From assembly GCF_033372575.1 (NCBI RefSeq), contig NZ_CP104094.1:52987-84986 (forward strand): 32,000 bases of DNA, given 5' to 3'. The DNA is from Candidatus Saccharimonadota bacterium (lineage in GTDB: Bacteria > Bacteroidota > Bacteroidia > Flavobacteriales > Blattabacteriaceae). The notes beneath the pieces are model-generated. The model was given only the letters and a program-made list of their open reading frames with translations, did not search any database and was not told the origin of the DNA. Numbering within the stretch: position 1 is the first letter of the stretch; each line of letters begins with the position of its first letter. Below, piece after piece: positions 8,786 through 16,888 of the stretch. The translations under genes and the position numbers were made by a program.

Positions 8786-9779
8786 GTTATTTAATAATTT
8801 AATAGATAATATTAATGTAATTTGTATAAGTGGTAATGGTGGAAATGGTAAAGTACATTTTACTTATAAAAATAAAAAAATAGGTAAACCTGATGGTGGA
8901 AATGGAGGGAATGGTGGAAATATAATATTTATAAGTGATAAAAATATTTTTACATTATTTAATATAAAAAAAATTTATAAAGCTTATAATGGAGAAAATG
9001 GTAAAAATAATTGTAAAACTGGTAAAAATGGTAAAAATTGTATAATAAAAATTCCAATAGGTACAAAATTGATTTATATTGATAAAAATAAAATAAAAAA
9101 AATAAATTTTAATAAAAATAATATAAGAAAAATAATATTATTAGGAGGTAACGGAGGAAAAGGTAATTATTTTTATAAAAAATCTAATGATCAAAAAACT
9201 AAAAAATATACTAATGGTAAAAAGGGAATTAATAAAAATATAAAATTAATTTTAAATATAAAAGTTGATATTGGAATAGTAGGATTTCCAAATACTGGAA
9301 AATCTACGATATTATCTTTATTAACTAATAATAAACCTAATATAGATAATTATAATTTTACTACTATAACTCCAAATTTAGGTATATATAATAATTATAA
9401 AAAATATAATATTATTATAATGGATTTACCAGCTATTATAGAAAAATCTTATAAAGGTAAAGGAATAGGAAATAAATATTTAAGACATATAAAAAATTAT
9501 AAATTATTATTATTAGTAATTAATTATATTTCAATAAAAGATTTTATTTATCAATTAATAACTTTAAAAAAAGAATTATATAAAAGTAATGTAAAAATTA
9601 ATAAAAAAAAAACTATTATTATTTTATCTAAATCTGATAAATTAAATAAAAAATTAATTAATATTGTTAGTAATTTTTTAAAAAAAAATAAATATTATTA
9701 TTGTTTTTTTTCTAAAAAAAAAAAAAAATTATATTTAAATTTAATTAAAAAAATTAATTATTTTTTTAAATTTAAATAA
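8784..9779 (+). CDS. obg: GTPase Obg/CgtA
   Basis: 331 aa. It has the Gly-rich Obg fold (SGNGGNGKVHF...PDGGNGGNGGNIIF...GGNGGKGN) followed by GFPNTGKST. Confidence 0.92.
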   Translation: MLFNNLIDNINVICISGNGGNGKVHFTYKNKKIGKPDGGNGGNGGNIIFISDKNIFTLFNIKKIYKAYNGENGKNNCKTGKNGKNCIIKIPIGTKLIYIDKNKIKKINFNKNNIRKIILLGGNGGKGNYFYKKSNDQKTKKYTNGKKGINKNIKLILNIKVDIGIVGFPNTGKSTILSLLTNNKPNIDNYNFTTITPNLGIYNNYKKYNIIIMDLPAIIEKSYKGKGIGNKYLRHIKNYKLLLLVINYISIKDFIYQLITLKKELYKSNVKINKKKTIIILSKSDKLNKKLINIVSNFLKKNKYYYCFFSKKKKKLYLNLIKKINYFFKFK

Positions 9780-10783
9780 TTAATTAAATATTTTATATCA
9801 TTAGGTATATCAGTAATAAATTTAATTTTTTTTTTAGTAGTTGGATGTTTAATTGTTAAAGAATAAGCATGTAACGCTTGTCTTTGTAAAATATTAAAAC
9901 AATTATTAATAATATTAGTATATTTAAATTTATTATAAAATTTATTAAAATTATATAATATTTTATTTCCTCCGTATATATCATCATTAAATATAGGATT
10001 TCCAATATAATTAAAATGTACTCTTATTTGATGAGTTCTTCCAGTTTTAATAATACATTTTATTAAAGTTAAAAACTTATAATTTTTTATTATTTTATAT
10101 TTAGTAATTGCTAATTTACCATATTTTTTGTTTGAATAAACTCTCATTTTAATTCTATTTTTAATATTTCTTCCAATATAATTTTTTATTATATTATTAT
10201 TTTTTCTTGGTTTACCCCATACTAATGCTATATATTTTTTTTTTATTTTTTTATTTAAAAATTGTAATCTTAAATTATTATAACTATTAATATTTTTAGC
10301 AATTATTAACAAACCAGAAGTATTTTTATCTAATCTATGTAATAAACCGAATCTATAATTTAAATAATTTAAATTATTTATTTTTTTTTTTAAAAAATAA
10401 TATTTTAACCAATTAATTAAAGTATTTTTATAATTTCCATGTCCTGGATGTACAATTAAACCAGGTTGTTTATTAATAATTAATATATCATTATCTTCAT
10501 AATGAATATTTATTTTAATATTTTTATTTTTGTAAATATAATTTTTTCTTTTTTTATAAAAAAAATCTTTTATATAAAAAAAAATTATTTTATCATTAAT
10601 ATTTAATTTATTATTTTTTTTTATTTTCTTATTATTTAATAATACATTACCAATTTTTATATTATTTTGTATTTTTTTTCTTGAAATTTTTTTTTTTTTA
10701 AAATAATTAAATAAATATTTATCAATTCTTATATTTTTTGTAAAATATTTTTTATTTATATATATTATTTTTTTTTTTAACAT
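9758..10783 (-). CDS. rluD: RluA/RluD-family 23S rRNA pseudouridine synthase
   Basis: 341 aa. It has an S4-like N-terminus, HRLDKNTSGLLIIAKN, and GRTHQIRVH. Confidence 0.88.
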   Translation of the reverse strand: MLKKKIIYINKKYFTKNIRIDKYLFNYFKKKKISRKKIQNNIKIGNVLLNNKKIKKNNKLNINDKIIFFYIKDFFYKKRKNYIYKNKNIKINIHYEDNDILIINKQPGLIVHPGHGNYKNTLINWLKYYFLKKKINNLNYLNYRFGLLHRLDKNTSGLLIIAKNINSYNNLRLQFLNKKIKKKYIALVWGKPRKNNNIIKNYIGRNIKNRIKMRVYSNKKYGKLAITKYKIIKNYKFLTLIKCIIKTGRTHQIRVHFNYIGNPIFNDDIYGGNKILYNFNKFYNKFKYTNIINNCFNILQRQALHAYSLTIKHPTTKKKIKFITDIPNDIKYLINYLNLKK

Positions 10784-10796
10784 TTTAAATTTAATA

Positions 10797-11165
10797 TGGA
10801 GTTGGCGGGATTTGAACCCGCGTCCATAATAAAAATATTAAATATTTTTTACATATTTATCTAATTTTAATAAGATTTTTTTTAATAAATTAGCAAATTA
10901 ATAAAAAAAAATCTTCTATTTTATGTTATTAATATAAAATCTAAAATAGAAAAAATGATTTTATATTTTGTAAAAATCTTAATTTATTTAATTTATTAAA
11001 TATTTAATTTAATAAATATCTTGCTCTTAAATCATTTAAGCAGCAAGATTATAATAATTAGTTTTTCCTTGTATTTATTATAATATTTTTTTAAAGTGTA
11101 ATATAAAAAACACTATATGAATATTTTAATATCTTTTAATATGTCAAATCCAATTTTACAACCCC
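10797..11165 (-). ncRNA. ssrA: tmRNA (SsrA), standard one-piece form. Predicted tag is GKTNYYNLAA, encoded at 11036-11068 including the TAA
   Basis: The 5' end is GGGGTTGTAAAATTGGATTTGACAT and the 3' end is GGACGCGGGTTCAAATCCCGCCAACTCCA. The acceptor has a G3:U70 pair (Ala identity). The internal frame reads GGA AAA ACT AAT TAT TAT AAT CTT GCT GCT TAA, and the stop sits in a TCTTGCT/AGCAAGA helix. Confidence 0.9.
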
Positions 11166-11195
11166 TTATTAATAATATAATAAATATTATTAAAC

Positions 11196-11948
11196 TTAGC
11201 AATCTTCATTATAATGTATATTATTTATATTTTTAATATTATTAATAATATCTTTAGATAATATTTTATATTGTCCTAGTTTAATATTATTATTAATTTT
11301 TAATCCAGCAAAATATATTCTATTTAAATATAATATTTTATAACCTATTTTATTAAATATTCTATGTATAATTTTATTCCATCCTACAGTAATTGTAATA
11401 ATTAATGATTTTTTATTATTATTAAATATTTTTATATTATTAATTTTTATTTTACCTTCTTTTAATTTTATACCATTTTTTAAAATTAATAAATCTTTTT
11501 TATTTAAATTTTTATTTAAATATATTTTATATTTTCTTTTTATTTTATATTTAGGATGAGTTAAATATTGAGATAATTTTCCATCATTAGTTAATAATAA
11601 TAAACCAGTAGTATTTTTATCTAATCTACCAATAGGAAAAATACCTAATTTTTTGTATATATTAGGAATAAAATCCATAATAATTTTTCTATTTTTATTA
11701 TCTTTTACTGTAGTAATACAATTTTTAGGTTTGTTAAATAAAATATATATTTTATTTTTAAATTTTAAATTAGAATTAACATATTTAATATTATCATCAT
11801 AATTAACTTTATAACCTAATTGTTTAATAATTTTTCCATTTACTGATATTAACCCAATTTTTATTAGTTTATCCGCTTTTCTTCTAGAACATATTCCACT
11901 ATAAGCAATATATTTATTTAATCTTATTAGTTTTTTTATATTTTTCAT
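11196..11948 (-). CDS. rluB: RsuA/RluB-family rRNA pseudouridine synthase
   Basis: 250 aa. It has an S4 domain (LNKYIAYSGICSRRKADKLI), GRLDKNTTGLLLLTNDG, and THPKYKIKRKY. Confidence 0.85.
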   Translation of the reverse strand: MKNIKKLIRLNKYIAYSGICSRRKADKLIKIGLISVNGKIIKQLGYKVNYDDNIKYVNSNLKFKNKIYILFNKPKNCITTVKDNKNRKIIMDFIPNIYKKLGIFPIGRLDKNTTGLLLLTNDGKLSQYLTHPKYKIKRKYKIYLNKNLNKKDLLILKNGIKLKEGKIKINNIKIFNNNKKSLIITITVGWNKIIHRIFNKIGYKILYLNRIYFAGLKINNNIKLGQYKILSKDIINNIKNINNIHYNEDC

Positions 11949-12567
11949 ATAAAAATAATATATTTTTAGATTTTAAAATATTATTTAATATACCATTTAT
12001 AAAATTAATATTATTTTTAGATGAAAAAATTAATATTATTAATTTATATTCATTAATAATAATTTTAATATTTATTTCATTATAGAAAATAATAAATTCA
12101 CAAATAGCTATTTTAATTACTATTAAATCAATAATATTTATTCTATTTATACTCCAATTTACTAAATAATTTTTAATAATATCTAATAATATTTTATCAT
12201 TTTTTTTTATATAATTTATTATTTTAATAATAAAATTTAAATAATCATAAAAATTAATAAATATATTATATTTTAATTTTAAAAATAATATATATTTAAT
12301 AATTTCTTTATCTTCATATTGTAAAAAAAAATTTTCATTTAATTTATTTATATTTTTATTTATGTTATTAATTATATTTATTTTATTAATTTTATTAATT
12401 TTATTAATTTTATTAATTTTATTAAAAATTTTATTAATTTTTTTATTTAAATATTTAAAATTTTTATTTAAATAATATAAATAATTAAATTTATTATTGT
12501 AGTTAATAATAAATAATATTTTCATTATTTTTATTCTAAAATAATTTTTTATTTTTATAAATTTCAA
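11914..12567 (-). CDS. nusB: Transcription antitermination factor NusB with a long low-complexity N-terminal extension
   Basis: The C-terminal half matches NusB: NWSINRINIIDLIVIKIAICEFIIF...IIINEYKLIILIFSSKNNINFINGILNNILK. The N-terminal ~90 aa are repeat-rich (KINKINKINKINKIN). The 3' end overlaps the rluB start by 35 nt. Confidence 0.75.
   Translation of the reverse strand: MKFIKIKNYFRIKIMKILFIINYNNKFNYLYYLNKNFKYLNKKINKIFNKINKINKINKINKINIINNINKNINKLNENFFLQYEDKEIIKYILFLKLKYNIFINFYDYLNFIIKIINYIKKNDKILLDIIKNYLVNWSINRINIIDLIVIKIAICEFIIFYNEINIKIIINEYKLIILIFSSKNNINFINGILNNILKSKNILFLYEKYKKTNKIK
12381..12425. repeat. 9-nt tandem repeat TTTTATTAA x5, in frame, encoding (KIN)n in nusB
   Basis: Read directly from the sequence. 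Confidence 0.8.
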
Positions 12568-12610
12568 TTGAATAATTATTTTATTATTATTAATAAATAA
12601 ATTATTAATA

Positions 12611-13510
12611 ATGAATAAATATAATCAAGAGATTATAAAAAATAAAATTTATAATCAAGACAATAAAAATTTAAATAATAGTTTTAATAAACCTTTTAAT
12701 AAAAGAAGTTTTTATAAACCTTTTAATAAAAGAAGTTTTAATAAACCTTTTAATAAAAGAAGTTTTTATAAACCTTTTAATAAAAGAAGTTTTTATAATA
12801 AAGAATATTATGATTATTTAAAGGATAAAGAGGAGGAGATTAAACCAATATATAGTAAAACTTTAAAATCAAGAAAAAAAATATTTTTTTTGGATGTATT
12901 AGATACTATAACAGGGGATTATTTATTATGCCTAACAGAAAGTAAAAAAATGTTATTAAAAGATAATAATAATTTTTTTAAAAAAGAAAAAATTTATATA
13001 TATAAAGAAAATTTAGAATTATTAAAACAACATTTAGATGATATTATAAAATTTATTTATAGTAAAAAAGGTAAAGAAGTTATTTATGATAAAGAAATTT
13101 TAAAAAAAAATATTAAATTATTAGAAGAAAAAGAAAAACTTTTTTATAATAAAAAAAAAGGAGAATTAGAATCAATTTATGATGATGATGAATACTATCA
13201 AGATATTAATCCAGAAATAAATAAAAAATTTTATGATAGTATAAATAAAAGTATAAATAGAGGTAAAAATAAAGGAAAAAATATTAATCAAGATATTAAT
13301 CAAGATATAAAAAAAGATCTTAATAAAGGTATAAATAAAGGGATTAATCAAGATAAAATAAATAAAGATAAAAAAATAATAAAAGATAAAAAAATAAATA
13401 AAGATAATAAAATAATAAAAGATAAAAAAATAAATAAAGATAAAAAAATAAATAAAGATAAAAAAATAATAAAAGATAAAAAAATAATAAAAGATAAAAA
13501 AATAAAATAA
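12611..13510 (+). CDS. DUF3276 / PUR-alpha-like nucleic-acid-binding protein with repeat expansions at both termini
   Basis: The core YSKTLKSRKKIFFLDVLDTITGDYLLCLTESKK...KEKIYIYKENLELLKQHLDDIIKFI matches my recollection of the Bacteroidota DUF3276 pattern (FSK.V.AG.RTYFFDVK.T..GDYYLTITESKK...HKI.LYKEDF.KF). The N-terminus has (KPFNKRSFY)x4 and the C-terminus has (KDKKI[IN])n. Confidence 0.75.
   Translation: MNKYNQEIIKNKIYNQDNKNLNNSFNKPFNKRSFYKPFNKRSFNKPFNKRSFYKPFNKRSFYNKEYYDYLKDKEEEIKPIYSKTLKSRKKIFFLDVLDTITGDYLLCLTESKKMLLKDNNNFFKKEKIYIYKENLELLKQHLDDIIKFIYSKKGKEVIYDKEILKKNIKLLEEKEKLFYNKKKGELESIYDDDEYYQDINPEINKKFYDSINKSINRGKNKGKNINQDINQDIKKDLNKGINKGINQDKINKDKKIIKDKKINKDNKIIKDKKINKDKKINKDKKIIKDKKIIKDKKIK
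12689..12796 (+). repeat. 27-nt tandem repeat x4 (AAACCTTTTAATAAAAGAAGTTTTTAT), in frame
   Basis: Read directly from the sequence. Copy 2 differs by TAT->AAT. Confidence 0.9.
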
Positions 13511-13749
13511 AAGATAAAAAAATAAATAAAGATAATAAAATAATAAAAGATAAAAAAATAAATAAAGATAAAAAAATAAATAAAGATAAAAAAATAATAA
13601 AAGATAAAAAAATAATAAAAGATAAAAAAATAATAAAAGATAAAAAAATAATAAAAGATAAAAAAATAAATAAAGATAAAAAAATAAATAAAGATAAAAA
13701 AATAAATAAAGATAAAAAAATAAATAAAGATAAAAAAATAAATAAAAGA
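13351..13749 (+). repeat. Array of 18-nt tandem repeats (AAAGATAAAAAAATAAAT / AAAGATAAAAAAATAATA, >20 units) with a 128-nt higher-order duplication. It spans the DUF3276 stop codon
   Basis: Read directly from the sequence. The block starting GATAAAAAAATAAATAAAGATAATAAAATAATA at 13385 recurs at 13513, an offset of 128, with ~119 identical nt. Confidence 0.9.
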
Positions 13750-13812
13750 TAAGTAAGAAAAATTTAAAAAATATTACATAAATAAATAATAAATATTTAT
13801 TTATGTAATATT

Positions 13813-15159
13813 ATGGATTTAAAAATTTGTATAGTAGGTAAATCAAATGTAGGTAAATCTACATTATTTAATTTATTAATTAAAAAAAAAAAATCTATAA
13901 TTAATAAGAATGAAAATACAACTAAAAATAGAAATTATGGTATTTTAAAAATAAAAAAAAAAATTTATTATATAATAGATACTGGGGGATATTATGAAGA
14001 ATATAAAAATAATGTTTTAAAAAAAAAAGTTATTGAACAAATATTATATGGTATAAAAGAATCATTATTAATTTTATATGTTATAGATGTAATTAATGGT
14101 ATAACATATTTAGATAAAAAATTATCATTAATTATTCGTAAATATAATAAACCTACATTTTTATTAATTAATAAAATAGATATAAAAAAATATAATTCTA
14201 AAAATAAATATTATGAATATTATAAATTAGGATTTTATAAAATATTTACTATTTCCTGTACACATAATATTGGAATAAAAAAATTATATAAGAATATATA
14301 TAATTTTTTTATTAAAGAAAAAAATAATATTAATAAATATAATAATAATTTTAAAATTTCAGTAGTAGGAAAACCTAATACAGGAAAATCAACATTTATA
14401 AATAATTATTTAAAAGATTATAATAAAAGTATTGTATCTAATATTGAAGGTACAACAATAGATACATTATTTTTTTATTTAAAAAATAATAAAAAAAATT
14501 TTATAATAATAGATACACCAGGAATAATAAAAAAATTTAAATTTAGTAAAAAAATTCAAAATGAATATTTATTAAATACAATTAATATAATAAAGGAATC
14601 AGATATATGTATTTTAATGATAGATAGTAAAATAACAAAAAATGATATATATATATATAATAAAATATTATTATATAAAAAAGGATTAATTATTTTATTT
14701 AATAAAATAGATTTATTTAATAATAAAGAAAAAAAAGAAATTATTTTAAGTATAAAAAATTTAATAAAAAATAATTTTCCATATTTATTAATATCAAATA
14801 AAAATAAATTAAATGAAAATATAATAAATAAAATAAATAATATAATAAATATGATATATAAAAATAGAAATAAAAAAATTTCTACAAGTTTATTAAATAA
14901 TAAATTATTATTAAAAATAAATAAAAAAATAAAAATAAATAATAAAATATTAAAAATAAAATTTTGTTATCAATTAAAAAATAAAAAATTTCCTAGTTTC
15001 GTATTAATATCTAATTTAGAAAAAAATATTAATTTAAATTATAAAAAATATATAGAAAATATTATAATAAAATTATTTGATTTTTATGGTGTACCAATAG
15101 AAATATCATTTAAAAAAAATAAAAATAATGTTAACAGATTCATTAATAAAAGAAAATAA
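13813..15159 (+). CDS. der: Ribosome-assembly GTPase Der (EngA), two tandem G domains
   Basis: 448 aa. Motifs: GKSNVGKST...DTGG...NKID, then GKPNTGKST...DTPG...NKID. Confidence 0.92.
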   Translation: MDLKICIVGKSNVGKSTLFNLLIKKKKSIINKNENTTKNRNYGILKIKKKIYYIIDTGGYYEEYKNNVLKKKVIEQILYGIKESLLILYVIDVINGITYLDKKLSLIIRKYNKPTFLLINKIDIKKYNSKNKYYEYYKLGFYKIFTISCTHNIGIKKLYKNIYNFFIKEKNNINKYNNNFKISVVGKPNTGKSTFINNYLKDYNKSIVSNIEGTTIDTLFFYLKNNKKNFIIIDTPGIIKKFKFSKKIQNEYLLNTINIIKESDICILMIDSKITKNDIYIYNKILLYKKGLIILFNKIDLFNNKEKKEIILSIKNLIKNNFPYLLISNKNKLNENIINKINNIINMIYKNRNKKISTSLLNNKLLLKINKKIKINNKILKIKFCYQLKNKKFPSFVLISNLEKNINLNYKKYIENIIIKLFDFYGVPIEISFKKNKNNVNRFINKRK

Positions 15160-16378
15160 AAAAAAATATATTTTAAGTTTAAAAAAAAGAAAATTTAAAA
15201 ATATTAATATAATAAAAGAAATATTATTTTTATATAAAAAACAAAAAAATTATATAATATTATTAGAAAAATATAATAGAATAATAAATAAATATTCAAA
15301 AAATTTTTTTAAAAAAAATAAAATAAAAATAAAATATAAAAAAATATTAAATATAAAAAATAAAAGTAAAAAACTTAAAAATGAATTATTAATAATTAAA
15401 GAAAAAATATTTAATATTAAAATTAAATTACCAAATATTATAAATGAATTATATTTTAAAAAATATAAAAATATTAAAAATAATAAAATTATTTATAAGA
15501 ATAAAAAATATAAATTATATTTAAAAAAAAATAAATTATTATCACATATAGAATTATCTAAAAAATTTGAATTATTTGATACTAATACTGCTAGTAAAAT
15601 AAGTGGTACTGGTTTTGTTATATATTCAGGTATAGGATTAAAATTATATAATTCTTTAGTTAAATATTTGTTATTTATAAATAAAAAAAAAGGTTATAAA
15701 GAATATAAATTACCTTATTTAGTAAATGAACAATCAATATATGGAACTGGACAATATCCAGATAAAAAAAATCAATTATATAATATATTAAAAGATAATT
15801 TATATTTAATACCAACAGGAGAAGTACCATTAATAAATTTATATAAAAATAAAATTTTTAAAATAAATAATTTACCTATAAAAGCTCAAACATATACTAA
15901 TTGTTTTAGAAGAGAAGCTGGATCATATGGTAAAAATGTAAAAGGTTTAAATAGATTACATCAATTTGGAAAAGTAGAAATAATTGAAATTATGGATAAT
16001 AAAAATTCTAATTTAAGATTATTTAAAATGTTAGAACATATAAAATATGTATTAAAAACATTAAAATTATATTTTAGAATAATATTATTATCATGTAATA
16101 ATATAGGATTAACTTCATCAATAACATATGATTTTGAAGTATATTCATTTGGTCAAAAAAAATGGATAGAAGTTAGTTCATTATCTAATTGTTTAGATTA
16201 TCAATCAAATAATTTAAATATATATTATTTAAATAAAAATAATAAAGAATTATGTCATACTTTAAATGGTAGTTGTATATCAATTCCTAGATTATTATTA
16301 ACAATTATAGAAATGTATCAAACAAAAAATAAAATTAAAATACCTAAGGTTTTAATACCATTTTATAAAAATGAATAA
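15128..16378 (+). CDS. serS: Seryl-tRNA synthetase
   Basis: 416 aa. The N-terminus MLTDSLIKEN matches the MLD.K.IREN pattern. Other motifs: TGEVPL, FRREAGSYGKNVKGLNRLHQFGKVE, and NGS.ISIPR. It overlaps the der 3' end by 32 nt. Confidence 0.92.
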   Translation: MLTDSLIKENKKKYILSLKKRKFKNINIIKEILFLYKKQKNYIILLEKYNRIINKYSKNFFKKNKIKIKYKKILNIKNKSKKLKNELLIIKEKIFNIKIKLPNIINELYFKKYKNIKNNKIIYKNKKYKLYLKKNKLLSHIELSKKFELFDTNTASKISGTGFVIYSGIGLKLYNSLVKYLLFINKKKGYKEYKLPYLVNEQSIYGTGQYPDKKNQLYNILKDNLYLIPTGEVPLINLYKNKIFKINNLPIKAQTYTNCFRREAGSYGKNVKGLNRLHQFGKVEIIEIMDNKNSNLRLFKMLEHIKYVLKTLKLYFRIILLSCNNIGLTSSITYDFEVYSFGQKKWIEVSSLSNCLDYQSNNLNIYYLNKNNKELCHTLNGSCISIPRLLLTIIEMYQTKNKIKIPKVLIPFYKNE

Positions 16379-16560
16379 TAATTTTTATGAAATATAAAAT
16401 TTTATTATATAAAAAAAAATTAATAATTATATCTTTTATTTATAAGAAAAATTATAATAAAATAATAAAATTTATAAATAATTTTTGTTTTAATTTGTCA
16501 AAAAAATTAAAACAAAATGTTATAATTTTTTTTAATAAAAAAAATATTTAAAATATAAAT

Positions 16561-16872
16561 AAGTTAATAGTTTTATCGCATTAATGAGAATTAATGAGGA
16601 AAGTCCGGACACTAAAGAGAAATACAAAGGATAACATCCTTACATCGAAAGATGATGAATAGTACAACAGAAAGAAAGTATAATATATTAAATATTATAG
16701 TGAAATCATGGAAACTCTGTATAGTGAAATGTTAAATATCCATAGATTGTCTCGATTATTATGGATGGTAAACAGATATGATATATATGGTAACATATAT
16801 ACTAGATAAATGATAAAAATATATTATTTAAAATAAAATAATATATACAGAATCCGGCTTATATATTAACTT
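16561..16872 (+). ncRNA. rnpB: RNase P RNA (bacterial type A, reduced)
   Basis: Conserved blocks GAGGAAAGTCCGGAC (16595-16610 region) and ACAGAATCCGGCTTA near the 3' end. The terminal P1 pairing is AAGTTAATA (16561-16569) with TATTAACTT (16864-16872). It forms a GC-richer island. Confidence 0.88.
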
Positions 16873-16888
16873 AAATAATAAAAAAAAA

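Noticed and set aside
13351-13749. CRISPR array or mobile-element terminal repeats as an explanation for the repeat block
   Set aside because: The units are 18 nt, directly abutting with no spacers, in frame with an ORF and pure A/T/G. This is a coding minisatellite, not CRISPR. No cas or transposase genes are present anywhere in the window.
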